Source of the DNA: a virus | Lineage: Duplodnaviria; Heunggongvirae; Uroviricota; Caudoviricetes | IMG/VR virus record: IMGVR_UViG_3300013121_000049 | Location: 80,253 to 144,252 of that record | Reading direction: 5' to 3' (one strand) | DNA: 64,000 nucleotides | Shown here: positions 63,898 through 64,000 of the stretch, in pieces | How positions within the stretch are numbered: the first letter of the stretch is position 1 | How the letters are laid out: each line of letters starts with the position of its first letter | Made by a program: the position numbers and the translations under genes | Notes under the pieces: generated by a model | What the model saw: the letters and a program-made list of their open reading frames with translations, nothing else | What the model was told of the DNA's origin: nothing | The model's database searches: none

Positions 63898-64000
63898 GGC
63901 CAGGTCACCCAAGGGCCAGCAGAAGGTGCCCGAGTCTCATGCCTCATAACATCTGCAGCTATAGCGCCTCCCTACTCCAAATGTCCTCGACGACAGGAAC

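Noticed and set aside
1-64000. tRNA genes, CRISPR arrays, integrase or transposase
   Set aside because: No cloverleaf-compatible segments were noticed in intergenic spacers. There are no regularly spaced direct repeats with unique spacers: the repeat regions at 41292-41812 and 52237-52640 are irregular iteron types. No tyrosine or serine recombinase or DDE motifs were seen.

Overview
This 64 kb window reads as a contiguous stretch of a high-GC (about 60%) tailed-phage genome. Coding density is very high and many neighbouring genes overlap at ATGA or TAATG junctions, which suggests translational coupling. No tRNA, rRNA, CRISPR array, integrase or transposase was recognised.

**Minus-strand blocks**
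- 1-7267: the C-terminal piece of a split bacterial-type RNA polymerase beta-prime subunit, followed by six unknown, probably virion-associated proteins.
- 8262-23510: a structural operon of Gly/Ser/Thr-rich tail-fibre-like proteins of 595, 634, 1096 and 953 aa, plus several smaller genes.
- 26136-35397: a Gly-rich fibre-like gene, a 584 aa Zn-ribbon protein, a 142 aa protein, and a 1589 aa fusion of a complete beta subunit with the N-terminal half of beta-prime.

**Plus-strand islands and modules**
- 7371-8224: three small genes.
- 23561-26095: six small genes around a DHH-DHHA1 phosphoesterase.
- 35598-63897: a helicase, recombination and replication module. It contains:
  - SNF2 and XPD/DinG-like helicases, a RyR-domain protein, and a Cas4-like PD-(D/E)xK nuclease
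  - a primase fused to a helicase, followed by an iteron and AT-rich putative origin
  - a MutL-like GHKL ATPase
  - a PolA-family DNA polymerase split inside its exonuclease domain by two intervening genes
  - an SPFH/prohibitin protein

A sigma-70-family sigma factor is encoded on the minus strand at 43124-44032, inside the plus-strand region.

**Recurring elements**
- A conserved promoter-like motif, (T/C)GGTATAAG, sits upstream of at least ten plus-strand transcription units.
- Seven clear intrinsic terminators are present; two are near-identical bidirectional modules.

**Most unusual features**
- The fused-then-split multisubunit RNA polymerase sits in structural operons alongside a phage sigma factor and a phage-specific promoter motif.
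- A roughly 520 nt promoter-to-terminator non-coding region carries two covarying hairpins and GGCAAGGC-type repeats.
- Two paralogous small acidic peptide genes (NWP...LDLDVV[F/G]) are present; one is antisense to the 3' end of the sigma gene.
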